64,000 nt of DNA from Acidaminococcales bacterium (lineage in GTDB: Bacteria; Bacillota; Negativicutes; Acidaminococcales; JAISLQ01): the NCBI GenBank assembly GCA_031552765.1, contig JAVBME010000025.1, positions 3,270-67,269 of the forward strand. The letters run 5' to 3'. The notes beneath the pieces are model-generated. The model searched no databases, was not told the DNA's origin, and worked only from the letters and a program-made list of their open reading frames with translations. Within the stretch, counting starts at the first letter, position 1; the number at the start of each line of letters is the position of its first letter. Of this stretch, positions 56,516 through 64,000 are shown in pieces. The position numbers and the translations under genes are program-made.

Positions 56516-57556
56516 TTATTTCAAAAGTTCCGCCACATCAGCTGCACACACTTCCTGTTTCCCCTCGGCAGCCTTGACCAGCCTGTTCATGATGGCCTCT
56601 CCTAAGCCGGATGACTTTATTTTTTGCACGAAAATCACTTCCGCGCCCTGCCTGTCACATTCCCGCAACCAACTATAGAGGAACCGGGCCAGTTCTTCCT
56701 CTTTATCCCAGGTAAAAGGCAAGACGCCAGCCGGCAAATTGCCGCGCAAATTCGACTGTACGATCATACCTGCTTTTTTCCCCTGCGCAAGAAGCCTTTT
56801 CAATCCGACCGCAAGCTCTGCCTCGTCCGGCATCGCTTCCAGAAGATATAACGGCGCACGAGGCGCATAATGTCTGTATTTCATCCCCGGCGCTTTAGGC
56901 GCGCCTTTTTCTTCTGGGCCCGGCTGCGCCAGCTTGCCCAGCACAGCAGCAAGTTGCTCGTAGGTAATACCGCCCGGACGCAAGATAGCCGGCAACTCTT
57001 GCGTGCAGTCCACCACCGTCGACTCTAAGCCGACATCCGTGCTGCCGCCGTCTATTATACCGTGTATCCGTCCGTCCAGGTCTTCCTTTACCGCCCTGGC
57101 CGCGGTCGGGCTGGGCCGCCCCGACAGGTTGGCCGACGGTGCGGCCAGCGGCAATCCGGACAATTCGATCAGCCGCCTGGCTACAGCATGGTCAGGCATA
57201 CGCACAGCTACGGTCGGCAAACCAGCCGTGACAGCATCGGGGACAGCGGAAGATTTTTCCAGTACTAAGGTGAGCGGCCCCGGCCAAAAAGCCCGCATGA
57301 GTTTTTCCGCAGCCGGCGGCACCCTCTCCACCAGTTGGTCAAGCATGCTTTGGTCCGCAATATGTAAAATCAAAGGATTGTCCGACGGGCGTCCCTTAGC
57401 GGCGAAGATACCGGCAACCGCTTCGCCGGACAAACCGTTTGCTCCCAGCCCGTACACGGTCTCGGTCGGAAAGGCCACCAAGCCGCCTTTTTTTATTATA
57501 GCAGCCGCCGCCAACAAGTCCTCTTCATTGGCCGACTGCCAAAACTCAGTCTCCAT
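56516..57556 (-). CDS. tsaC: L-threonylcarbamoyladenylate synthase (Sua5/YwlC type, YrdC plus Sua5 C-terminal domain)
   Basis: GGLVAFPTETVYGLGAN, PLILHI and SANLSGRPSPT motifs. The 346-aa length fits the two-domain Sua5 form. Confidence 0.9.
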   Translation of the reverse strand: METEFWQSANEEDLLAAAAIIKKGGLVAFPTETVYGLGANGLSGEAVAGIFAAKGRPSDNPLILHIADQSMLDQLVERVPPAAEKLMRAFWPGPLTLVLEKSSAVPDAVTAGLPTVAVRMPDHAVARRLIELSGLPLAAPSANLSGRPSPTAARAVKEDLDGRIHGIIDGGSTDVGLESTVVDCTQELPAILRPGGITYEQLAAVLGKLAQPGPEEKGAPKAPGMKYRHYAPRAPLYLLEAMPDEAELAVGLKRLLAQGKKAGMIVQSNLRGNLPAGVLPFTWDKEEELARFLYSWLRECDRQGAEVIFVQKIKSSGLGEAIMNRLVKAAEGKQEVCAADVAELLK

Positions 57557-58433
57557 ACGCGCCCTCTTCTTTAGTAAGCAAGACTATCCGCTCTATACCG
57601 GCGTAGTCGTGCAATATTCTTATTCCGGCAAAGCCGTTTTCTTGAGCCAATTTTGCCACAGCAGGCCCTTGGCCGATGCCTATTTCGAGGGCCAGCAACC
57701 CTGCCGGCAGTAAAAATTTACCTGCTTCGACGATGATGCGACGGTAACAGTCAAGGCCGTCAGCGCCGCCGTCTAAGGCCAAGCGCGGCTCTTTTTTCAC
57801 TTCACGCGGTAATTTTTCCAGTTCGCCGCTCGGTATATACGGCGGGTTGGACACTATAAGCTGGAATTTCTCTCCTGCCAGGGCGCTGTAGACATCTGAA
57901 CGGCGAAAGTCCACCCGGGAAGAAAGCCCTAATTTGTGTGCGTTGTCAGCCGCCACTTGGAGCGCCGCCGGTGAAATATCCACCGCCACGGCAGTCGCAG
58001 CGGCAACCAGACTCAATATTCCTAACACGATAGCCCCGCTGCCTGTTCCAATATCCAAAATCCGCGGGGCAGTAAAGTTTTTACAAAAAGCGGCAGCCTC
58101 TTCAACCAGCAGCTCAGTCTCCGGACGTGGCGTCAATACCGCGTCGCTGACCGCAAGTTCGAAATCAAGAAAACTTTTGCGGCCGATAATATAGGCGACC
58201 GGTTCTCCCTTGGCCCGCCGCAGTATAAGCTTTCTGTAGGTATCTAATTCTTCATTTTGCAGCGGCTGGTCAAAATGTACATACAGCTGTATCCGTTCTT
58301 TACCGAGGACATGGCAAAGCAGTATTTCCGCATCCAGCCGGGGGGAATCCACCTGGCTTTTTGCCAAATACTGCTTACTGCGGTCGATTATTTCGCCAAT
58401 CGTCCATATTTTTTTGCTTGCGTCCATCTTCAT
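57546..58433 (-). CDS. prmC: Release factor glutamine N5-methyltransferase
   Basis: SAM motif [11 protein letters not shown] and the catalytic IVSNPPYI motif. It overlaps the prfA stop. Confidence 0.92.
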   Translation of the reverse strand: MKMDASKKIWTIGEIIDRSKQYLAKSQVDSPRLDAEILLCHVLGKERIQLYVHFDQPLQNEELDTYRKLILRRAKGEPVAYIIGRKSFLDFELAVSDAVLTPRPETELLVEEAAAFCKNFTAPRILDIGTGSGAIVLGILSLVAAATAVAVDISPAALQVAADNAHKLGLSSRVDFRRSDVYSALAGEKFQLIVSNPPYIPSGELEKLPREVKKEPRLALDGGADGLDCYRRIIVEAGKFLLPAGLLALEIGIGQGPAVAKLAQENGFAGIRILHDYAGIERIVLLTKEEGAYGD

Positions 58434-59503
58434 TCCACCTGCTTTAGCCGCTCGCTCTGGTCGGCAGCCACCAGGGCATCTGTAAGTTCCGCCAGATCCC
58501 CGTTTAAAACAGCTTCCAATTTGTGCAAGGTCAGCCCTATCCTGTGGTCGGTCACCCGCCCTTGCGGGAAATTGTATGTGCGTATCCGTTCACTGCGGTC
58601 GCCCGTTCCCACCTGGCTTTTTCTGTCCTGCGCAGCGGCGGCGGCCTGCTCGGCCTGCGCTACTTCGAGCAGCTTGGCCCGCAAGACCCGCATAGCTTTT
58701 TCCCGGTTTTGTAGCTGCGACTTTTCGTCCTGGCACTGTGCCACTATCCCTGTCGGCAGATGGGTGATGCGTACGGCGGATTCCGTCTTGTTGACATGCT
58801 GCCCGCCCGCGCCGCTGGCGCAAAAAGTATCTACCCTGAGGTCGGCCGGATTGACGGCCACGTCCACTTCTTCCGCTTCCGGCATCACAGCCACAGTGAC
58901 GGTAGAGGTATGTATACGCCCGCTCGATTCAGTCTCCGGCACGCGCTGCACACGGTGCACGCCGCTTTCATATTTGAGTTTGCTGTATACCCCGCTGCCG
59001 GAAATCATGACTATTATTTCCTTAAAACCGCCGAGGCCGGTGGGATTGGCGTCCATAATTTCCACCTTCCAGCCCTGCCCTTCGGCGTAACGGGTGTACA
59101 TGCGTATAAGGTCGCCGGCAAACAGCGCCGCCTCATCGCCGCCGGCCCCGCCGCGCACCTCGAGGATGACGTTTTTGTCATCATTTTCATCGCGCGGCAA
59201 TAGAAGTATTTTCAAATCCGTCTCCAACAAAGAGACCTTCTTTTTCAAATTGACAAACTCATCTTGCGCCATAGCCAGTATCTCATCGTCTTTTTCCTGG
59301 GCGAGCATCTTTTCCGCTCCGGCCAGCTCTTCCAGCGTACGCTTGTAAGAGCGGAATTTCTCCACTATCTCCGCAAGGCGGGAATGGGCTTTGGTGTATT
59401 TTTGCCATTCGTACTGTCGCGCGATCACGTCCGGGTCGCTTATTTTATTTTCGAGATCCAGGTATTTGTCTTCAACTGCCTGCAATTTATCTAGCAATTC
59501 CAT
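58430..59503 (-). CDS. prfA: Peptide chain release factor 1
   Basis: The [20 protein letters not shown] (GGQ) motif and a PET tripeptide ([10 protein letters not shown]). 357 aa. Confidence 0.96.
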   Translation of the reverse strand: MELLDKLQAVEDKYLDLENKISDPDVIARQYEWQKYTKAHSRLAEIVEKFRSYKRTLEELAGAEKMLAQEKDDEILAMAQDEFVNLKKKVSLLETDLKILLLPRDENDDKNVILEVRGGAGGDEAALFAGDLIRMYTRYAEGQGWKVEIMDANPTGLGGFKEIIVMISGSGVYSKLKYESGVHRVQRVPETESSGRIHTSTVTVAVMPEAEEVDVAVNPADLRVDTFCASGAGGQHVNKTESAVRITHLPTGIVAQCQDEKSQLQNREKAMRVLRAKLLEVAQAEQAAAAAQDRKSQVGTGDRSERIRTYNFPQGRVTDHRIGLTLHKLEAVLNGDLAELTDALVAADQSERLKQVE

Positions 59504-59506
59504 GAT

Positions 59507-60397
59507 TTATGCCGGTTGCTCCTCTAACTGTAAGGTTTCTTCCTCAGGCAGTACTGCCTCCAGAGCCTTTATCGCCACTTCTATCTGGTCGTCCGCCGGT
59601 TCCCTGGTCGTGAGTTTTTGCAGCATCAAACCCGGCCAGGCTATTAACTTGACCCCCGGCTTATCGCAATTTTTCCCCACATAACGGATGATCTCGTAGC
59701 TTATCCCGGCTACTAGCGGCATGAGCACTATGCGCGAAGCGATCCGCAACCAAAGCGAAGGCCAGCCGAGAAAAGCAAAGATAAATATGCTGACCACCAT
59801 CACGATGAGCAAAAAGTTCGTGCCGCAACGCGGGTGCAAGGTGCTAAAACCCCTGACATTTTCAGCGTTCAGCTCGACGCCCGCTTCATAGGCGTGAATA
59901 GTTTTGTGTTCGGCGCCGTGGTACTCAAATACCCGCTGGATATCTTTCATGAAAGATATCGCGCCCACATACGTAAGAAAAATCAAAAGGCGCAGCACGC
60001 CCTCGGCCAAATTCAACCAAAACGGCGTCGTAAATATACTGGAGAGAAACCGCGTCGCATAAGTGGGCAGCGCGATAAACAGCGCAATTGCGAGAAGTAT
60101 GGAAAAAGCCATGGTCATCGCCATTTCCCTGGCCGTAAGTTCTTCCCCTTCTTCACCGGCGGCCTGCGCCGACCAGGAAAGGGCCTTCATCCCGTAAACG
60201 AGCGACTCTATAAGCATGACACAGCCGCGCAGCAGAGGCTTTTTCAGTATAGGGAACCGGTCGGAAACCGTGACAAAAGGCTTTTTATCTATCACTATGC
60301 CGCCGTCCGGCTGGCGCACGGCGGTCGCAAGATGGAACGGCCCGCGCATCATGACGCCTTCTATGACCGCCTGTCCGCCGATGTTGGGTTTTGCCAT
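59507..60397 (-). CDS. DUF1385-family membrane protein (YqhQ-like)
   Basis: IGGQAVIEGVMMRG at the N-terminus, EYHGAEHK, and several TM segments. It lies between rpmE and prfA, as often seen in Firmicutes (from memory). Confidence 0.8.
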   Translation of the reverse strand: MAKPNIGGQAVIEGVMMRGPFHLATAVRQPDGGIVIDKKPFVTVSDRFPILKKPLLRGCVMLIESLVYGMKALSWSAQAAGEEGEELTAREMAMTMAFSILLAIALFIALPTYATRFLSSIFTTPFWLNLAEGVLRLLIFLTYVGAISFMKDIQRVFEYHGAEHKTIHAYEAGVELNAENVRGFSTLHPRCGTNFLLIVMVVSIFIFAFLGWPSLWLRIASRIVLMPLVAGISYEIIRYVGKNCDKPGVKLIAWPGLMLQKLTTREPADDQIEVAIKALEAVLPEEETLQLEEQPA

Positions 60398-60432
60398 TTT
60401 CGCCCCTCCTTCCGCTATGCCTTCATATTCAA

Positions 60433-60456
60433 ACAGCAGAGCCTGCGCTCTGCTGT
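60433..60456 (-). terminator. Hairpin after rpmE (terminator candidate)
   Basis: Stem ACAGCAGAGC / GCTCTGCTGT with a 4-nt loop. The minus-strand downstream sequence is TTGAATATG, a weak U-tract. Confidence 0.45.
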
Positions 60457-60464
60457 CGTGGTGT

Positions 60465-60668
60465 TCATTTTTCGCTATTATAACGTTTGTTGAACTTTTC
60501 TATGCGGCCCCTGGCCGTTACATTGCGCTGCTGGCCGGTATAGAACGGGTGGCACTTAGAGCAGACGTCCACACGCAGGTCTTTTTGCACCGACCCTGTC
60601 ATGAATGTATTTCCACAGGCGCAGACCGCCTTGGCTTCAACAAAATTCGGGTGTATTTTCTCTTTCAC
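60465..60668 (-). CDS. rpmE: 50S ribosomal protein L31 (Zn-ribbon, type A)
   Basis: MKEKIHPNF...CACGNTF...CSKCHPFYTG with four cysteines. 67 aa. Confidence 0.95.
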   Translation of the reverse strand: MKEKIHPNFVEAKAVCACGNTFMTGSVQKDLRVDVCSKCHPFYTGQQRNVTARGRIEKFNKRYNSEK

Positions 60669-60732
60669 TTGCCCTCAACCTCTTTTCTAATAATAAACGT
60701 AACAAACGAAACTTCTTTCAACATGCTAGTAA

Positions 60733-60761
60733 ATTATAGCACAGAGCTTTTTGTAGTGCAA
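60733..60761 (-). promoter_or_regulatory. Sigma-70-type promoter candidate for rpmE
   Basis: The minus strand reads TTGCAC (60761..60756), a 17-nt spacer, then TATAAT (60738..60733). This is ~65 nt upstream of the rpmE ATG. Confidence 0.5.
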
Positions 60762-60773
60762 CAAGATAATTTT

Positions 60774-61331
60774 TTACCCGTTAAATTTATTCATAGTTTC
60801 GTCTATGCCGTATTCCAGCCAATATTCCAAGGCGTCGGCCGTTTTTTTTATCGCTTCCGCCACCAAAGACGTCTCTTCTTTGCTAAATTTTGTCAGCACA
60901 TGTCTGACCACCGTTTTCTCTTCATGCTCCGGCCGCCCTATGCCGACTTTGAAACGGGCGAATTCCCCGCTGCACAGATGGTCCTGCACAGATAAAATGC
61001 CGTTATGACCGCCGGCCGAACCTTTGCGCCGGATGCGCAGTTTGCCGCCGGGCAGGTCAAGATCATCCTGAACCACCGCTATATCCGGCAAATCTATACG
61101 GTAATAATTGGCCAGACCACCAACAGCTATGCCGCTCCTGTTCATATAAGTCTGCGGCCTTACCAAAAAAACGCGCGACGGCATACGCCGCTCGGCTACC
61201 GAGGCGATACCGTCCGTCTTCCATGGTATATCCCAGCGCCTGGCCAGCTCTTCCACTACCATAAAACCGATATTGTGGCGGGTATTTTCATACTCTCTGC
61301 CTATATTGCCCAAACCCGCGATAAGTTTCAT
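60774..61331 (-). CDS. pth: Peptidyl-tRNA hydrolase
   Basis: MKLIAGLGNIG.EYE.TRHNIGF and GHNG motifs. 185 aa. Confidence 0.95.
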   Translation of the reverse strand: MKLIAGLGNIGREYENTRHNIGFMVVEELARRWDIPWKTDGIASVAERRMPSRVFLVRPQTYMNRSGIAVGGLANYYRIDLPDIAVVQDDLDLPGGKLRIRRKGSAGGHNGILSVQDHLCSGEFARFKVGIGRPEHEEKTVVRHVLTKFSKEETSLVAEAIKKTADALEYWLEYGIDETMNKFNG

Positions 61332-61381
61332 AAGATATTTTCCCCATTATTTAAGACGGCCAAACGGCCGCCTTAATTGTT

Positions 61382-62335
61382 TTATATATTAAACAGCTGG
61401 CTTACCGACATCTCATTGTATATCCTGAGTATCGCCTCGCCAAAAAGCGGCGCCACAGACAACACTTTTATCTTGGGCGTCTGCTTTTCCGGCGGCACGG
61501 GGATGGTATTGGTGACCACCAGCTCTTTTATCGGCGATTTTTCTATGCGATCGAGCGCCGGCGGGGTCAAAACCGCGTGCGTACAGCAGGCGTATACTTC
61601 CTTAGCGCCAAACTTCATCAGGGCGTTGGCCGCTTCGGTCAATGAACCGGCCGTATCCACCAGGTCGTCGATTATGACCGCTGTTTTGCCCTGAACGTCG
61701 CCAATAAGGTTCATGACTTCCGCTACGCCCGGTTCAGGGCGGCGTTTTTCGATGATAGCTATATCTGTGTGCAGGCGGTCGGCCAGGTTCCTGGCCCGGG
61801 TAACGCCGCCCAGATCGGGGGATACCGAAACAATGTTGTCTATTTTCTTGCCACGGATATAGTCCGCTAAAAGCGGCACTCCCGGGAGATGGTCTACCGG
61901 TATGTCGAAAAATCCCTGTATCTGTCCGGCGTGCAGATCCATGGTAACAACGCGCGTCACGCCCGCCGTATATAAAAGATTGGCCACCAGCTTGGCGGAA
62001 ATAGGTTCGCGCCCGCGGGTCTTCCTGTCCTGCCTGGCATAAGCGTAATAAGGTATTACCGCCGTTATATGCTTGGCGCTGGCGCGTTTGAAAGCATCCA
62101 CCATGACTAAAAGTTCCATCAGGTTTTCATTGACCGGCTGGCTGGTCGCCTGTAATACAAACACTTCCTTGCCGCGCACGCTCTCATCTATGATGACCTG
62201 CACTTCGCCATTATTGAAACGGCCTACCTTCGCCTCGCCTACCCCTGCCCCGAGATAAGCCGCGATTTCCTGCGCCAAAGCAGGATTGGCCGTACCGGTG
62301 AATATCCTCAAACGCTTATTTTCATCTGACAACAT
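61382..62335 (-). CDS. prs: Ribose-phosphate pyrophosphokinase
   Basis: Motifs: LRIFTGTANPALAQEIA, YYAYARQDRK, and DLHAGQIQGFF. The PRPP loop VIIDDLVDTAGS is also present. Preferred ATG is at 62335 (MLSDENK); the ORF-track start at 62401 would overlap glmU. Confidence 0.95.
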   Translation of the reverse strand: MLSDENKRLRIFTGTANPALAQEIAAYLGAGVGEAKVGRFNNGEVQVIIDESVRGKEVFVLQATSQPVNENLMELLVMVDAFKRASAKHITAVIPYYAYARQDRKTRGREPISAKLVANLLYTAGVTRVVTMDLHAGQIQGFFDIPVDHLPGVPLLADYIRGKKIDNIVSVSPDLGGVTRARNLADRLHTDIAIIEKRRPEPGVAEVMNLIGDVQGKTAVIIDDLVDTAGSLTEAANALMKFGAKEVYACCTHAVLTPPALDRIEKSPIKELVVTNTIPVPPEKQTPKIKVLSVAPLFGEAILRIYNEMSVSQLFNI

Positions 62336-62375
62336 TTTAGCAAATACCCCCAATTGAAATATCAATATTATTATA

Positions 62376-63737
62376 TCACTTATATTTTGACCAGTTATCA
62401 ATATTTTTTTGCTTGGCCCTTGCTATGCCAAGAGCGTTAGGCGGCACGTCGTGGGTGATGGTCGAACCTGCTCCTACATAGGAATTTTCGCCCAAAACGA
62501 CCGGCGCCACCATGTTGGAATTGCAGCCGACAAAAGAATTATCGCCTATAGTAGTACGGAACTTTTTCTTGCCGTCGTAATTTACCGTTATCGTCCCGCA
62601 GCCTATGTTCACTTTGTTGCCAATATCGGCGTCGCCTATATAACTAAGGTGCGGCAGTTTACTGCCTGTTCCCACCCAGGAATTTTTTACTTCGACAAAA
62701 TTGCCTACCTTTACCTCGTCCGCCAAGCGCGTCCCCGGACGCAGGTGCGCGAACGGACCTACTGTCACGCCGGTACCGATAGCCGCATCATGGGCGTAAG
62801 TAAAATGCACAGTGCAATCGTCCCCGGTCTGCACATTGGTAAAGCGGACATTCGGCCCGATAAGGCATTCTTTGCCGATCACCGTATTGCCTTCCAGCCA
62901 GGTGTAGGGGTATATGATGCAATCACGGCCGATGCTGACAGTGCTGTCGATATAGGTAGTATCCGGGTCCATGATGGTCACGCCCGCATCCATAAGGTTT
63001 CCATTGGTGCGCCGGCGCATCCATTTTTCCGCTTCGGCCAGTTGGCGCCGGGAATTGATGCCCATAACCGTGTCGCTGTCCGCCGCCACGACCGCGCCTA
63101 CCTTATGGCCGTCCTCGACCAGTTTGTCGACGACATCGGTAAGATAGTACTCTCCCTGGGCGTTGTTGCAGTCTACCTTGGCCAGCATGGCAAATAAAAG
63201 CTCTGTTTTCACACAATAAATACCGGTATTTATTTCTTTTATCGCCAGTTCTTCCGGGGTTGCGTCTTTTTGTTCGACGATCTTCAAGACACTGCCCTTA
63301 TCGTCGCGCACTACCCGGCCGTAACCTGTGGCGTCAGGCATCATAGCGGTCAATACCGTAGCATTATTGCCGACTTCTATATGATGCTCGTAGAAACTCC
63401 TAAGTTCGCGACCGTCCAATAATGGCGTATCGCCGCACAGGATCATCACCGTACCATGGGCGCTCTGTAAAAGCGGCTGGGCTTGCATAACGGCATGGCC
63501 TGTACCTAGTTGTTCTTTCTGCTCGGCCAGTTCCGCCCGCCCTTCGACTATTGGCGCCACTCTCCCGGCGCCAAATCCTATCACCACTATTTTTCTCGTG
63601 CAGCCGGCTATTTCAGCGGCGTCCAATACATGCGCCAGCATCGGCTGGCCGGCCACAAAATGCATAACCTTGGGCAAGTCGGATTTCATGCGAGTTCCTT
63701 TACCTGCCGCCAAAATTACCGCCGTTAGTTCTGACAT
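62376..63737 (-). CDS. glmU: Bifunctional GlcNAc-1-phosphate uridyltransferase / GlcN-1-phosphate acetyltransferase
   Basis: AVILAAGKGTRMKS, followed by a C-terminal hexapeptide-repeat domain. The ATG at 63737 (MSELTAV) follows an AGGAGGG RBS; the ORF-track start is 63761. Confidence 0.95.
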   Translation of the reverse strand: MSELTAVILAAGKGTRMKSDLPKVMHFVAGQPMLAHVLDAAEIAGCTRKIVVIGFGAGRVAPIVEGRAELAEQKEQLGTGHAVMQAQPLLQSAHGTVMILCGDTPLLDGRELRSFYEHHIEVGNNATVLTAMMPDATGYGRVVRDDKGSVLKIVEQKDATPEELAIKEINTGIYCVKTELLFAMLAKVDCNNAQGEYYLTDVVDKLVEDGHKVGAVVAADSDTVMGINSRRQLAEAEKWMRRRTNGNLMDAGVTIMDPDTTYIDSTVSIGRDCIIYPYTWLEGNTVIGKECLIGPNVRFTNVQTGDDCTVHFTYAHDAAIGTGVTVGPFAHLRPGTRLADEVKVGNFVEVKNSWVGTGSKLPHLSYIGDADIGNKVNIGCGTITVNYDGKKKFRTTIGDNSFVGCNSNMVAPVVLGENSYVGAGSTITHDVPPNALGIARAKQKNIDNWSKYK

Positions 63738-63792
63738 GGGTAACCCTCCTAAACAAACCATTATTTACATAATTTACGGCGCGAAAAGCTTT

Positions 63793-64000
63793 TTAGCTTA
63801 TCTCCACCCGGTAACCCGCCTGCCTGAGGGATGCGACCACTATCTCCGCATGTTTGCTGTCGCGGGTCTCGAGGTCTATCTCCACCTGGGTATGCCCTAT
63901 CGGCAGGTTCTGCCCGGCATGTTTATGGTAGATATATATTATATTGGCCTGGTGATCGGCGATAGTAGTGATGAATTTTCTCAGTTCGCCCGGCCGGTCG
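63793..64000 (-). CDS. C-terminal ACT-like regulatory domain of a protein whose start lies beyond the window (threonine ammonia-lyase-like?)
   Basis: Manual minus-strand translation gives ...DRPGELRKFITTIADHQANIIYIYHKHAGQNLPIGHTQVEIDLETRDSKHAEIVVASLRQAGYRVEIS, with the stop at 63793..63795. DRPGEL plus a beta-alpha-beta-beta-alpha-beta pattern is ACT-like. The parent enzyme cannot be determined. Confidence 0.5.
   Translation of the reverse strand, partial: DRPGELRKFITTIADHQANIIYIYHKHAGQNLPIGHTQVEIDLETRDSKHAEIVVASLRQAGYRVEIS

Noticed and set aside
57003-63197. Several long plus-strand ORFs (57003..57713, 58257..59090, 59834..60493, 60216..60995, 62409..63197)
   Set aside because: All are antisense to tsaC, prmC/prfA, the DUF1385 gene, rpmE/pth or glmU. 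One of them spans three minus-strand genes and their intergenic regions, which is not credible for a real gene.

Overview
All roughly 65 protein-coding genes I can support lie on the minus strand. Intergenic gaps are at most about 220 bp. I found no rRNA, tRNA, CRISPR array, IS element, integrase or recognisable defence genes. The content fits a chromosomal segment of a diderm, LPS-bearing Firmicute, most like Negativicutes; the genus cannot be determined from this window. Genes are listed below in transcription order, from 64000 down to 1.

(a) Housekeeping block whose order resembles Bacillus-type synteny (recalled from memory): an ACT-domain protein 3' end, glmU-prs-pth, rpmE, a DUF1385 gene, prfA-prmC-tsaC, an LMW phosphatase, rpiB, glyA, a dCMP deaminase, a wecA/tagO-like gene and wecB/mnaA. 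Next comes an F1Fo ATP synthase operon, atpZ-atpI-atpBEFH-AGDC, which carries an extra gene for only the C-terminal half of the delta subunit. It is followed by murA and mreB/mbl-flgF-flgG.

(b) This block runs straight into a co-directional outer-membrane supercluster of about 41 kb:
- flgA-flgH-flgI and a rod-binding-only flgJ-like gene.
- A three-gene exported module: an AMIN/phosphodiester-glycosidase protein, a small lipoyl-like protein and an S55-like peptidase.
- mlaE-mlaF-mlaD, where MlaD has a long C-terminal helical and beta-rich extension.
- tolC and tamB.
- A short FliA-like sigma factor, a single-pass membrane protein, bamA and a 430-aa POTRA-like/beta protein.
- Three tandem skp/ompH paralogues.
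- A complete Raetz pathway: lpxD, lpxC-fabZ, lpxA-lpxI-lpxB, a fused waaA-lpxK and two lpxL-like genes.
- msbA, kdsB-kdsA-kdsD-kdsC and lptC-lptA-lptB.

The most unusual points are:
- the duplicated half-delta ATP synthase gene;
- the WaaA-LpxK fusion;
- the region-3-less FliA-like sigma factor between tamB and bamA;
- the uncharacterised 430-aa protein after bamA;
- the S55-like peptidase with an apparently permuted motif order;
- the extended MlaD, a type I recall as already described in Veillonella.

Functional calls rest on motif recognition by eye and on gene order. No database searches were run.
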